Below, one piece after another: positions 1 through 10,101 of a DNA stretch of 64,000 nt. A program made the position numbers and the translations under genes. The stretch comes from Gammaproteobacteria bacterium. GTDB lineage: Bacteria > Pseudomonadota > Gammaproteobacteria > Eutrophobiales > Eutrophobiaceae. The notes under the pieces are model-generated. The model was not told where the DNA came from. It saw nothing but the letters and a program-made list of their open reading frames with translations, and did no database searches. The stretch's first letter is position 1. Each line of letters starts with the position of its first letter. The stretch lies in contig CBDCTH010000012.1 in NCBI GenBank assembly GCA_965222155.1, positions 640,001 to 704,000 on the forward strand. The letters are read 5' to 3'.

Positions 1-1434
1 GGATTTATGGAGTTCGAACGGGAAAAACAACCGTACCGCCCCGTTGCAGAAAGGCTGGCTGACTGGGGCCAGGTCATGGTGCCCTGGCCGGTTGAACCCT
101 TGAAGGCCCAGGCATCCCGCTGCATGGACTGCGGCATACCGTTTTGTCACCAGGGTTGTCCCCTGGGTAACCTGATCCCGGACTGGAATGACCTGGTCTA
201 CCGGGACCAGTGGCTGGAGGCTATCCAGCGCCTGCATGCCACCAATAATTTCCCGGAATTTACCGGTACTCTGTGTCCGGCGCCCTGTGAGGGATCCTGC
301 GTATTGGGGATTAACGACGATCCGGTGACCATTAAGGCGGTGGAACTCTCCATCATCGACAAGGCCTGGGAAAATGGCTGGATCAAGCCGCAACCGGCGC
401 CACAGAAAACCGCTAAGCGGGTGGCCGTCGTCGGTTCCGGACCGGCGGGCATGGCTGCCGCCCAGCAACTGGCGCGGGCCGGCCACGAAGTGACCGTGTA
501 TGAACGCGCTGACCGGATAGGCGGCCTGTTACGCTATGGCATACCGGAATTCAAAATGGAGAAACGGGTACTGGACCGGCGCCTCGAACAAATGCGCCGG
601 GAGGGCGTGATCTTCAGACCCGCCTGCAACGTCGGCATGGATATTGACGCGCGGGATTTGTGCGAGGAATACGACGCAGTTTTGTTGGCGGGTGGGGCGA
701 CTGCCTCACGGGATCTGCCAGTTCCCGGCCGGGAACTGGACGGTATCCATCTGGCGATGGATTACCTGCCGTTACAAAACAAACGTTGTGAAGGTGACGA
801 GATCCCGGCAGAGCAATTCATCAGCGCGCAAGGAAAACACGTTATTATCATCGGCGGGGGTGATACCGGCGCAGACTGCCTGGGTACGGCAAACCGCCAG
901 GACGCCAAATCCGTTCACCAACTGGAGATCATGCCTAAACCCCCCAATTCCCGGGCATCGGACAACCCGTGGCCGGAGTGGCCGCGTATTTACCGGGTTG
1001 CCTCGGCCCATGAGGAAGGTGTTGAAAGGGTCTACGCAGTTTTAACCAAACGCTTCATCGGCAACGACAAGGGTCAGGTAAAGGAACTGGAACTGGTTGA
1101 AGTGGAAATGCAACATAATGAAGGCCGCCTGAATTTTGTTGAGATACCGGGGTCCAGCTATACACTGCCGTGTGACCTGGTATTGCTCGCCATGGGTTTC
1201 CTTGGACCGGAAAAAGCGGGCCTGTTGGAACAGTTGAACGTCGACCTGACGCAACGGGGCAACGTGAAAAGAGATCGGAACTGGATGACCAGCGTAGATG
1301 GCGTATTTACCGCCGGTGATATGCAGCGGGGACAATCCCTGATTGTCTGGGCCATCGCTGAGGGCCGCTCCGCCGCTCAGGGTATCGACCGGTACCTGAT
1401 GGGCTCATCCGACCTGCCTGCCCCACTCGAATAA
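1..1434 (+). CDS. gltD: Glutamate synthase small (beta) subunit; first few codons lie outside the window
   Basis: CMDCGIPFCHQGCP and CPAPCEGSC Fe-S motifs, GSGPAG and GGGDTGADC dinucleotide-binding motifs, GDMQRGQSLIVWAI; frame open from base 1 (GFMEFER). Confidence 0.95.
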   Translation, partial: GFMEFEREKQPYRPVAERLADWGQVMVPWPVEPLKAQASRCMDCGIPFCHQGCPLGNLIPDWNDLVYRDQWLEAIQRLHATNNFPEFTGTLCPAPCEGSCVLGINDDPVTIKAVELSIIDKAWENGWIKPQPAPQKTAKRVAVVGSGPAGMAAAQQLARAGHEVTVYERADRIGGLLRYGIPEFKMEKRVLDRRLEQMRREGVIFRPACNVGMDIDARDLCEEYDAVLLAGGATASRDLPVPGRELDGIHLAMDYLPLQNKRCEGDEIPAEQFISAQGKHVIIIGGGDTGADCLGTANRQDAKSVHQLEIMPKPPNSRASDNPWPEWPRIYRVASAHEEGVERVYAVLTKRFIGNDKGQVKELELVEVEMQHNEGRLNFVEIPGSSYTLPCDLVLLAMGFLGPEKAGLLEQLNVDLTQRGNVKRDRNWMTSVDGVFTAGDMQRGQSLIVWAIAEGRSAAQGIDRYLMGSSDLPAPLE

Positions 1435-1472
1435 GGTTTTCCAAAATAACGGTATCCGGGACAGGCCACAGC

Positions 1473-2402
1473 ATGTCCGATCTTTCTAAAACTGGAATCA
1501 GCGCCATGGTTCACATCAACAGCCGGGTACCGGAGCGGGCGATGACGGCAGAGATTCTCGGTACGGAGCGGAGCGGTCACGGTATCCGTATACGTGCAGA
1601 CGGTCTGATTGCGACCGTAGGCTACCTGGTGCTGGAAGCCGAACAAATCTGGATCAGGTCCCATCAGGATCAGGGTACGCTTGCCTATATCGTAGCTCAG
1701 GATTATGATTCCGGCATCACCTTGTTGAAACCGGCTCTCCCGCTGGAGGGCAACCATCTCACGCCGGGTTCCAGCAAGGAATTATCCCTGAACGAATCTT
1801 TGCACATATACCGTAGCGGTCATGAGGATGTGTTTCCATGTCGGCTGTTTGCCATGCAGGAATTTGCCGGGCGCTGGGAGTACTTACTGGATTATGCCCT
1901 GTTTACCTCACCCGGCTGTAATGACTGGGCCGGTGCGGCATTAGTGGACCGGTATGGACGGCTTTGCGGCGTGGGTTCGTTACTGATGGAACTTCCCAGT
2001 GATACCGATGAGGAACTGCTGGGTAATATGTTTATCCCCATGGACCTGGTAACACCTTTCCTGGACGAGATGTGTGAATACGGCCAGCGTCGCGTGCCGC
2101 CAAAACCCTGGCTGGGCGCATTGATACAGGAATATGAAGGTAAACTGGTGGTAACGGGCGTGTACCCGAACTGTCCCGCCGACCTGGCGGGGATCAAACC
2201 GGGCGATGTTGTGCTGTCCGTGGATGACGAACCTGCATACGATCTCTCCGGTATATATCGCAAGGTATGGAGCCTGGGCAGCGCCGGCGTAGAAGTTCCG
2301 CTGCTTGTCTCTTCAGCGGGAAGTTTGCGCCATTGCAGGCTGGAATCAATTGATCGTTCCGTATTCTATCGGGCAGTTGCTACGGCAGGACAGGTAAACT
2401 GA
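1473..2402 (+). CDS. Trypsin-like (S1C) protease-family protein with C-terminal PDZ domain
   Basis: GTERSGHG, EFAGRWEYLLD, WAGAALVD, PWLG and AGIKPGDVVLSVD PDZ signature. Confidence 0.75.
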   Translation: MSDLSKTGISAMVHINSRVPERAMTAEILGTERSGHGIRIRADGLIATVGYLVLEAEQIWIRSHQDQGTLAYIVAQDYDSGITLLKPALPLEGNHLTPGSSKELSLNESLHIYRSGHEDVFPCRLFAMQEFAGRWEYLLDYALFTSPGCNDWAGAALVDRYGRLCGVGSLLMELPSDTDEELLGNMFIPMDLVTPFLDEMCEYGQRRVPPKPWLGALIQEYEGKLVVTGVYPNCPADLAGIKPGDVVLSVDDEPAYDLSGIYRKVWSLGSAGVEVPLLVSSAGSLRHCRLESIDRSVFYRAVATAGQVN

Positions 2403-2510
2403 GATACTGTTGGAGGCAAATCCTTCTGGTAATAACAATTTACTATAGTATACTTAGCCAGTTTGATATACTAATTAGGCGCAATTTAGAAAAACAGTGA
2501 GGAGCAAGAC

Positions 2511-2735
2511 ATGCGACATCTTACATTAGTGGTATTTCTGACATTGATTATGGGCTTTGCCGGATGCGGTGATATGGCTGACACAGGGGGTGAGGCTGAT
2601 GCAGGTGACGGTGCTGTGGAGGAGATGACCATGGATGAAGGGGCTGCTGGAGAGGCTGCCATGGAGGAAGGTTCCGGCGATAGCGATACGCCACAGTGGC
2701 AAGTGCTGGAGCAGAACGTAGTACACTCCGAGTAG
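2511..2735 (+). CDS. Small acidic putative lipoprotein
   Basis: GAGGAG RBS, signal peptide ending in lipobox FAGC, low-complexity D/E/G/A body. Confidence 0.6.
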   Translation: MRHLTLVVFLTLIMGFAGCGDMADTGGEADAGDGAVEEMTMDEGAAGEAAMEEGSGDSDTPQWQVLEQNVVHSE

Positions 2736-2745
2736 TAGAGTTTTG

Positions 2746-2785
2746 TTGCGGGAGGGCGGTAATCTATACCACCCTCCCGTACAAT
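2746..2785. terminator. Stem-loop, probable terminator
   Basis: GGGAGGGCGGTA...TACCACCCTCCC inverted repeat directly after the lipoprotein stop. Confidence 0.45.
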
Positions 2786-2957
2786 AATCGCTTTATTTAT
2801 CCTTGAACCGGCCGGGCTCATGGGCAGTTGCCTGGGTGATGTTTAGCCCCTGCCTTTGGTAGACTGTTACAGGTAATCCTGTTCAATACCGGATTTCTCC
2901 TGATTTTGTCCAGGGAGCTTTCCTGTTAATCAATTCATCGCGTTGCAGGAGAAAACA

Positions 2958-3359
2958 GTGGCCAGTGAAATTCCTGAAACTCATAAAGACCTGCTGACAG
3001 GTCCTGTCTATGTACAACTGGCGTCACACATGCCTGACGGATCGATCCAGCTACATCCTGTCTGGTGTGGTTATGACGGTATTCATGTTCTTATCAATTC
3101 CGCAAAAGGACGTGTGAAAGACAAAAACATGCGCGCCAATCCAAATGTTACAGTACTTGCTGTCGACCCTGAAAATCCTTTTCGTTGGCTTGAAGTACGC
3201 GGGAAAGTCGTTGATATCAACGAAGAAGGTGCAGACGAGCATATCGACCAGTTATCGGAGTTATATTTGCAACAGAAACCTTACCCATTTCGGGAAGCCG
3301 GCGAGGTCCGGGTTATATACCGGATCGAACCGGAGCGCGTTATTGCCTTTTCCTCTTAG
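2958..3359 (+). CDS. PPOX-class (putative F420-dependent) split-barrel oxidoreductase
   Basis: PDGSIQLHPVW, GRVKDKNMRANPNV, WLEVRG, IDQLSELY..PYP; GTG start after CAGGAG. Confidence 0.8.
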   Translation: MASEIPETHKDLLTGPVYVQLASHMPDGSIQLHPVWCGYDGIHVLINSAKGRVKDKNMRANPNVTVLAVDPENPFRWLEVRGKVVDINEEGADEHIDQLSELYLQQKPYPFREAGEVRVIYRIEPERVIAFSS

Positions 3360-3384
3360 CGCTCAATCAGTTCAATCAGGTTAA

Positions 3385-4197
3385 ATGCGAGATCACGTCA
3401 GCGCTTCAATTCGCTACACCGTTAATACTGGAGAGAAACCGGTCAGCCTGTCACGGACTCTGGGCGGCAGGATCGAATACAGGAACTGCACCTTTGCCGA
3501 GCACACGGTCAAAATCCACAACGGCCGCAATGAAGCCGATGCGTTCGTTTTTGACCAGCACGGTTTCGTGTTTGTAGACCATGCTACACGGGTGATGGAT
3601 TTTTATGAGAGGGACGAAGTGGAAACAGTCTACTATCCTGAGGCCGAAGCCCTGATCAGGCAAGTGACAGGGGCAACGCGGGTGCATATATTCGATCATA
3701 CCGTGCGCTCAGGAGACGTGGCCCGGCAGGAGATGGGTCTGCGCGAACCGCTGAAGCAGGTTCATAACGACTATACCGACCGATCCGGGCCGCAACGGGT
3801 GCGCGACCTGTTTCCCGAGGAGGCAGAAGATTTATTGCGACACAGGTTTATGATCGTGCAGGTCTGGCGCCCCATCGCGGCTGTGGTGGTCAGCGAACCC
3901 CTGGCGATCTGTGACGCCCGGAGCGTTGCCGAGACAGACCTGATTGCGACGGAGCGCCGGCATCCGAACCGCGTGGGTGAGACCTACACGCTTTCCTATA
4001 ATCCCGGCCATCGCTGGTACTACTTTCCGAAGATGCAACGCGACGAGGCTATCGTTTTCAAGGTCTATGATTCAGCAGTCGATGGCCGCGCACGTTTTAC
4101 GGCCCACAGCTCCTTCAATGACCCCCATACCCCGGAGGATGCGCCGCCCCGGGAAAGCATCGAACTCAGGGCATTGGTGTTTTTCACTGAAATATAA
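3385..4197 (+). CDS. CmcJ/NvfI-family oxidoreductase
   Basis: FDHTVR, VHNDYT, QVWRPI, PLAICDA, HRWYYFP, RESIELR motifs. Confidence 0.8.
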   Translation: MRDHVSASIRYTVNTGEKPVSLSRTLGGRIEYRNCTFAEHTVKIHNGRNEADAFVFDQHGFVFVDHATRVMDFYERDEVETVYYPEAEALIRQVTGATRVHIFDHTVRSGDVARQEMGLREPLKQVHNDYTDRSGPQRVRDLFPEEAEDLLRHRFMIVQVWRPIAAVVVSEPLAICDARSVAETDLIATERRHPNRVGETYTLSYNPGHRWYYFPKMQRDEAIVFKVYDSAVDGRARFTAHSSFNDPHTPEDAPPRESIELRALVFFTEI

Positions 4198-4207
4198 CGA
4201 AACTTTC

Positions 4208-4278
4208 AGAATGGGGACACAGAATGGGGACAGACCCCTGCTTACGACATGCAGGGGCATGCTTAAATCTGTCCCCTG
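4208..4278. repeat. GGGGACAG...CTGTCCCC palindromic repeat with nested CCCCTGC..GCAGGGG module
   Basis: Tandem AGAATGGGGACA, closing CTGTCCCC; the inner module recurs at about 4814, 14024 and 46506. Confidence 0.6.
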
Positions 4279-4293
4279 TCTTGCTGTCTTGAA

Positions 4294-4602
4294 TCACAGT
4301 TTTGCCACCACCGTGGCGTCGTAATAATAAACCTCGGGAGGTTCAGCGAAACATTCGAATAATCCGGGCAGCGTCGCCTGCATGTACTCGCCGTTAAAAT
4401 GATCATCGTGCAGTGTCTTTGTTTCCCATTCTTCAAAGAGAAAATACCTGAGCGCGTCTGCCGGGTCGGGATAAAACGTATAGCGCACTATCCCCGGTTC
4501 GGTCCGGCCCACTTCGACTATTTTTTCCATGATGGATTTGGCCTGCTGCAGGCGCCCTTGTTTGATGGTGAAACTACCGGTTACCAGATACATGATTTTC
4601 AA
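4294..4602 (-). CDS. Putative quinol monooxygenase (ABM domain)
   Basis: RTEPGIVRYTFY, FLFEEWET..LHDDHF pattern; about 100 aa. Confidence 0.75.
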   Translation of the reverse strand: MKIMYLVTGSFTIKQGRLQQAKSIMEKIVEVGRTEPGIVRYTFYPDPADALRYFLFEEWETKTLHDDHFNGEYMQATLPGLFECFAEPPEVYYYDATVVAKL

Positions 4603-4629
4603 CCTCCACTTGAGTCATATAAACTATAG

Positions 4630-5019
4630 CCCGCATATCTCACCAATTGATGCGATGATCGCGCCGGATTTTTTGCGCCAGCGGGTGCCGGAGCCTGCCC
4701 CGTACTTGATACGGGGACCGAAAGCATAGCCGTAGCTATGGTTGGGGGACAAATCGTCAGTCCTGACGATTTGCACGGCGACAGCCGCCCGCAGGGTTGC
4801 GCCCAGAGCCTGCCCCCCTGCTTACAACCGCAGGGGCAAGCTCTGTATGGAGTTGAGCAGGGGGATGGGCGCAATGAACACGTGCCCGCTAGCGCAAAAA
4901 AGACAAGCGAGGGCGCATCAAGCGCAGTCTGTAATGATGATATAATGAGCAGATTACCATAACTTGTTGTCAGCAAACATCTATCCGAAGGCAACAAGCG
5001 AATTGGTGAGATATGCGGG
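4630..5019. mobile_element. MITE copy 1 (non-autonomous, modular)
   Basis: TIR CCCGCATATCTCACCAATT / AATTGGTGAGATATGCGGG; 4-bp direct repeat ATAG at 4626-4629 and 5020-5023. Confidence 0.85.
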
Positions 5020-5052
5020 ATAGTACCAGATCAAAAAGGACAGATTTATTGA

Positions 5053-6570
5053 ATGAATATTGCCATTATCGGTGCCGGCATCAGCGCTATCGCAGCAGCC
5101 GGTATCCTGAACAGGGCCGGTCACAGGACGACCCTGTTTGAGAAATCCGGCCAGGCGGGGGGTGTCTGGGCGGTGGGTTATCCGGGAGTCAGCCTGCAAA
5201 ATACTGCGCACCAATATACGCTGAGTCAATTTCCCTGGCCGTTCAAACCTGCGCTCCATCCAACCGGCGCAGAAATATTGAAGTATCTGGACCTGGCAAT
5301 TGGGGGCCTGGGTCTGGACGTGCGCAAACACACCGAGGTTGTCGGAATGGTTGAAAATACCCGTGACTGGACACTGCAATACCGGGATGAAAGCGGTGTG
5401 CAGGAGCAGGTGTTCGACTATGTGGTATCGGCAATCGGCCAGTATACGGAGGGTAAGCACAAACCGGCATTCCCCGGTCAGGAGACATTCAGGGGCGGGA
5501 TCATCACTGAAAGGGACATTGAATCCCCGGACATGTTCAAGGACAAGCGTACGGTCGTAGTGGGTTTCGGTAAATCCGCTGTCGATATTGTTACCATGGC
5601 AAGTCCTGATTCCGGGCAGGTCTACCACGTGTTTCGCACCCCGCGCTGGATGATCCCGTTAACCTTATTCCGTATCCACTATACCCACGTGCTGTTTTGC
5701 CGTTTGAACACGTTCTTTATGCCCTGCTGGGCACATCCGACAAGGCTCGAACGATTTGTTCACCGGAGACTGGGTTTTCTGGTGGACTCGTTCTGGTTTA
5801 TCATCTCGCGCCTGGTCATCCTGCTCTGCAAGTTGCGCGCAGTATTCAGGGGCCGCGCCGCAAATAAGAGATTGAGTACGCTGATTCCGCGCCACAAATT
5901 CACCAGCGACCTGCGTTCCGCGGCTGCGCTGACTCCAAGGGACTATTTCCGCCTGGTGGCAGATGGGCGTATACAGCCCTGCCATGGGGAAGTATCCCAT
6001 TTCTCCGGGCAAGCCGTATACCTGAAGGACGGCCGTAACATTCCCTGTGACCAGGTGGTTCTGTGCGTCGGGTCGGAAAAACCCACATTCCCGTTCCTGC
6101 CGGATAAATACCGGCGCCTGCTGGAAAGCGAGAACGACGGCGTACAATTGTATCGCCACATACTGCACCCGGATATCCCGCGCTTTGCCTGCGTCGGTTA
6201 TAATCATGGTTTCATGCATGTGCCCGCGGCCGAGATCGGCATGATCTGGCTGTGCGCCTGCCTGAACGGAGATATCCGGTTGCCTTCTCGCGAGGAGATG
6301 ATGAAGTGTATTGACGCAACGCGGGACTGGAAGCGCAGGCATATCAACTTTGAGCCGTCACGCTCCTGCGCCGTCAATACCCGGTTTCAGCAGTACCTGG
6401 ACATCATGCTGCAGGAACTGGGCGTATCACCCTACAGAAAAATGCCAAACCTGTTTGCGGAGATATTTGCACAGTACGGCGCGCAGGATTATCGGCATGT
6501 TTTCGAGGAATACCTGGGTCAGGCCGGGAAACGGAATGCGCCATTACCATCACTACCAATCAACACTTAA
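5053..6570 (+). CDS. Flavin-containing monooxygenase (FMO family)
   Basis: GAGISA FAD motif, GGVW, GFGKSAVD NADPH motif, LYRHILHP. Confidence 0.85.
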   Translation: MNIAIIGAGISAIAAAGILNRAGHRTTLFEKSGQAGGVWAVGYPGVSLQNTAHQYTLSQFPWPFKPALHPTGAEILKYLDLAIGGLGLDVRKHTEVVGMVENTRDWTLQYRDESGVQEQVFDYVVSAIGQYTEGKHKPAFPGQETFRGGIITERDIESPDMFKDKRTVVVGFGKSAVDIVTMASPDSGQVYHVFRTPRWMIPLTLFRIHYTHVLFCRLNTFFMPCWAHPTRLERFVHRRLGFLVDSFWFIISRLVILLCKLRAVFRGRAANKRLSTLIPRHKFTSDLRSAAALTPRDYFRLVADGRIQPCHGEVSHFSGQAVYLKDGRNIPCDQVVLCVGSEKPTFPFLPDKYRRLLESENDGVQLYRHILHPDIPRFACVGYNHGFMHVPAAEIGMIWLCACLNGDIRLPSREEMMKCIDATRDWKRRHINFEPSRSCAVNTRFQQYLDIMLQELGVSPYRKMPNLFAEIFAQYGAQDYRHVFEEYLGQAGKRNAPLPSLPINT

Positions 6571-6574
6571 TGAA

Positions 6575-7001
6575 CCCGGATTTTGCACCAGTGGATGCGC
6601 CCTCGCTTGTCTTTTTGGCGCTGACGGGCACGTGTTCATTGCGCCCATCCCCCTTGCTCAACTCCATACAGGGGCAGGCTCTGGGCGCAACCCTCCGGGC
6701 GGCTGTCGCCGTGCAAATCGTCAGTCCTGACGATTTGTCCCTCAACCAGACAAATCTGCCTGGAGCAGATTTGGACATCCGAAGGATGCCCGCAGGGTGC
6801 GCGCCATGGAGGGCGCACATCAACTACGGCTATGCTTTCGGTCCCCGTATCAAGTACGGGGCAGGCTCCGGCACCCGCTGACGGCAAAAATCTGCCAGGA
6901 GCGGATTTGGACGTCCGCAGGACGCCCGCAGGGTGTGCGCCATGGAAGGCGCACATCTAAAATCCTGCGCGATCATCGCAGCCACTGGTACAATATCCGG
7001 G
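6575..7001. mobile_element. MITE copy 2 (inverted orientation, extra internal modules)
   Basis: TIR CCCGGATTTTGCACCAGTGG / CCACTGGTACAATATCCGGG; flanks TGAA/TTAA; internal sequence is reverse-complement homologous to copy 1. Confidence 0.8.
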
Positions 7002-7019
7002 TTAAGGAGGATAATTATC

Positions 7020-7739
7020 ATGCAAACCGCAATCGTTATGGGGGTAGGACCGGAACAGGGTCTTGGGGCACAGTTATGCAGACGGTTTGCCGGTTTTGGC
7101 CTGCATGTCGTTGTAGCGGGCCGGACCCGGACGAAACTGGATAAGGTTGTTTCCTTGATTGAGGCGGACGGCAACAGGGCAAGCGCTTATGTCGCTGATG
7201 CCACGAACGAGGCGGAAGTGGCCAGCCTGTTCGACGATGCCTCTCATACCGGCCCCCTGTCCGTCGGTATCTATAATGCAGGCAATAATACGCCGGGCAG
7301 GATTATTGATATGGAGGCGGCCTATTTTGAAAACAGCTGGAAAATCGGCTGTTTCGGCGGTTTCCTGTTCGCCCGTGAGGCGCTGAAAAGAATGCGCGGC
7401 TCCGGCGGAACATTGCTGTTTACCGGCGCCAGCGCATCGATGCGCGGGCGGGCCGGATTTGGCGCTTTCAACTCATCCAAGGCTGCATTACGCACCCTGG
7501 CGCAGGCGCTTGCAAAAGAATACGGCCCGGAAAATATTCACGTCGGCCATGTGGTCGTAGATGGCGCAATCAACGGTGAAAAAATCAAGACCAGGTGGCC
7601 GGAGTATGCAGAAAAACTTGGAGATGGAGGGATGATCAGTATCGACGGTATTGTTGACGCATTCGAGTATCTCTACAAGCAGCCCGCAACCGCCTGGACT
7701 TTTGAAGTGGACCTGCGTACGTCAATCGAGTCCTGGTAG
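7020..7739 (+). CDS. Short-chain dehydrogenase/reductase
   Basis: GVGPEQGLG, YNAG, TGASAS.RG, FNSSK, HVGHVVVDG; AGGAGG RBS. Confidence 0.85.
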   Translation: MQTAIVMGVGPEQGLGAQLCRRFAGFGLHVVVAGRTRTKLDKVVSLIEADGNRASAYVADATNEAEVASLFDDASHTGPLSVGIYNAGNNTPGRIIDMEAAYFENSWKIGCFGGFLFAREALKRMRGSGGTLLFTGASASMRGRAGFGAFNSSKAALRTLAQALAKEYGPENIHVGHVVVDGAINGEKIKTRWPEYAEKLGDGGMISIDGIVDAFEYLYKQPATAWTFEVDLRTSIESW

Positions 7740-7782
7740 CAGGGAACACCCTGTGTTATCTATGGCAATCCGTTCCTTTTTT

Positions 7783-8274
7783 CTATTCGTTCAATCGCAC
7801 GTAAGCATCGGTGTCCTTCAGTGCGGCGTTATCTTTTATGTAATCCCAGGCCAGTTTACCGGCATCCCGCAGGGCAAGGTTAGCGCCGGAATCCAGTAAG
7901 GTAAGAATAATGTCAGGGTTGTTGCTCTGGTCGGCTGCCGCATGCAACGGGGTGCTCTCCCTGGCATCTCTGGCATTCGGGTCTGCCCCGCCATCCAGCA
8001 GCGCAATAATGATGCCGGGATTGCTGTTGGACCAGGCCGCCCAGTGGAGCGGGGTGGCTCCCCACTCCTTATCCCGCGCATTCATATCCGCGCCGGCGTC
8101 CACCAGTGCAGTGATAACGTCCGGTTCGTCATTGAACGCAGCTGCAAAATGCAGCGGGGTGAATCCCCATTCATCCCGTGCATTTGCATCAGCACCGGAA
8201 TCAAGCTTTTTCTGAACCATCCTTAAAGTGGCTTTTTCAAAAAAAGTCATAGTGTTCCAGTTTGGGTCTGTCAA
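7783..8274 (-). CDS. Ankyrin-repeat protein
   Basis: Three TPLH.AA repeats with GAD.NARD linkers. Confidence 0.85.
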   Translation of the reverse strand: MTDPNWNTMTFFEKATLRMVQKKLDSGADANARDEWGFTPLHFAAAFNDEPDVITALVDAGADMNARDKEWGATPLHWAAWSNSNPGIIIALLDGGADPNARDARESTPLHAAADQSNNPDIILTLLDSGANLALRDAGKLAWDYIKDNAALKDTDAYVRLNE

Positions 8275-8458
8275 TTTAGTTCCCCGGTGGTTAATCCGAC
8301 CATTTTAGTCGCTAATTCAAACGCAGGTCAATATTCTTGTTACCAAAAAAATAATAAATATATATAAATAATAATTGTTTGCAAGCCTCCGGTCTCTTAA
8401 ACCTTGAACAGGTACAGGGCAAACGCATACTTTTGAATTCAGATGTTTTTGCCCGATT

Positions 8459-8557
8459 CCGTCATTCTGGCGCAGGCCAGAATCCAGTGAATAACCCTTC
8501 ATTACCCTGAGCCTGCGCTGTTGTTTGACTGGATGCTGGCATTCGCCAGCATGACGG
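8459..8557. repeat. Inverted pair of GTCATT..-type REP palindromes
   Basis: CCGTCATTCTGGCGCAGGCCAGAATCCAGT and inverted ACTGGATGCTGGCATTCGCCAGCATGACGG; relatives at about 18070, 26109 and 54043. Confidence 0.65.
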
Positions 8558-8733
8558 GCGGTGTTGTCCGGTTGGTTTCCTGTCTTCTGCAACAGAATCC
8601 AAAAGTATGCGGTTGCCCTGTGAACAGGTAAAACTAGCGGGAACTGCTGAGTTTCAGCTTTTTCCCTTGTTTTTGCCGGGATGACAGCTTATTGTTTAGT
8701 AGTTGCCAACTATGTTATGGAAGTGTTTTATCA

Positions 8734-9810
8734 ATGACTGAAAGATTGATTAACGATCGTTTATTACGAGCGTTACGGCGCCAACCTGTTGATATGACGC
8801 CGGTATGGATCATGCGCCAGGCCGGACGCTACCTGCCTGAATATCGCGCCACCCGGAAGCGTGCGGGTGATTTCATGACCCTGTGCAAGACTCCTGAGCT
8901 TGCCTGTGAGGTTACGTTGCAACCCCTGCAACGTTTCGATCTGGATGCGGCAATCCTGTTTTCGGACATTCTGACCATACCCGACGCCATGGGCCTGGGG
9001 CTGCGCGTAGTGGAGAACGTGGGGCCGCAGTTTGCCCGGCCGCTTCGGTCCGGAGAGGATATCCGTAAATTACGCGTGCCGGATGTTGAAACCGACCTGC
9101 GTTATGTCATGGATGCCGTAAGGCTGATCAAACGGGAACTGCACGGCAAGGTCCCCCTGATAGGCTTTGCCGGCAGTCCCTGGACGATTGCCACATATAT
9201 GATTGAAGGGGGGTCAAGCAAGAATTTCAGCCTGGCCAAGCGCATGCTATATGGACAACCGGACCTGATGCACCGGCTGTTGGGTGTATTGAGTCGCTCC
9301 ATCATCGACTACCTGAACGGCCAGATTGCGGCAGGTGTCGATACAGTTATGATTTTTGACACCTGGGGGGGCATATTATCCCGGGCTGCTTACCGGGAGT
9401 TCTCGTTAGACTATATGCAACGGATTGTCCAGGGCATCAAGACTGAAAACCGGGGTAACACCGTGCCCGTCATTTTATTTACCAAAGGTGGCGGGCTTTG
9501 GATCGAGGATATTGCCGGGTCCGGTTGTGACGCCATAGGAGTGGACTGGAGCGTGGACATCGGCGTTGCACGCAGAAGAGCAGGGGGCAAGGTCGCGTTG
9601 CAGGGCAACCTGGATACGGCAGTGTTGTACTCCTCACCGGCGGCGATACGCAGGCAAGTGACCGAGGTGCTGGCTGCTTACGGGGAAGCCGACGGTCATG
9701 TGTTCAACCTGGGGCACGGCATTCATCCTGATATCGACCCGGATAAGGTGGCTGTGCTGGTAGACACGGTGCATGAACTCAGCCGCCCATACCATTCAAA
9801 CCGGTGCTGA
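8734..9810 (+). CDS. hemE: Uroporphyrinogen decarboxylase
   Basis: [31 protein letters not shown]. Confidence 0.97.
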   Translation: MTERLINDRLLRALRRQPVDMTPVWIMRQAGRYLPEYRATRKRAGDFMTLCKTPELACEVTLQPLQRFDLDAAILFSDILTIPDAMGLGLRVVENVGPQFARPLRSGEDIRKLRVPDVETDLRYVMDAVRLIKRELHGKVPLIGFAGSPWTIATYMIEGGSSKNFSLAKRMLYGQPDLMHRLLGVLSRSIIDYLNGQIAAGVDTVMIFDTWGGILSRAAYREFSLDYMQRIVQGIKTENRGNTVPVILFTKGGGLWIEDIAGSGCDAIGVDWSVDIGVARRRAGGKVALQGNLDTAVLYSSPAAIRRQVTEVLAAYGEADGHVFNLGHGIHPDIDPDKVAVLVDTVHELSRPYHSNRC

Positions 9811-9817
9811 TATTGGG

Positions 9818-9904
9818 GATATTTGGGGTCAGTGTAAAAACGCTAAACGGATTTTACTGATACCTGAGATTCCAAAATGAGTTTTTACACTGACCCCAAA
9901 TATC
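9818..9904. repeat. REPIN-like hairpin, copy A
   Basis: 24-bp perfect inverted arms GATATTTGGGGTCAGTGTAAAAAC with unique spacer. Confidence 0.8.
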
Positions 9905-10101
9905 AATGCTCATCGTCGCAGGCACCCGCTGGCGGCACCAATCTGCCAGTGCATAAGGGGACGGATTTGAAATCCGTCCCCGGAGAGCTACGCTGTGCCC
10001 CAGGAAAGGCGCACATCAAAAATCCTGCGCGTTCATTGCGCCCATCGTCGTGCAAATCGTCTTTCCTGACGATTTGTCATCGCATCCATGAGATATGCAG
10101 G
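9905..10101. mobile_element. Partial MITE (one TIR plus internal modules)
   Basis: Ends TGAGATATGCAGG|CTAG; shares AAAATCCTGCGC, GTTCATTGCGCCCATC and GACGATTTGTC segments with the other copies. Confidence 0.65.

Noticed and set aside
2780-2845. Possible membrane-permease tail (IIALFILEPAGLMG)
   Set aside because: Too short to support a call
4599-4997. ORFs over MITE copies (also 6570-6956, 11294-11638, 13941-14174, 36138-36452, 55074-55454) with similar translations
   Set aside because: Similarity comes from the repeat itself; frames and lengths vary between copies and there are no protein motifs
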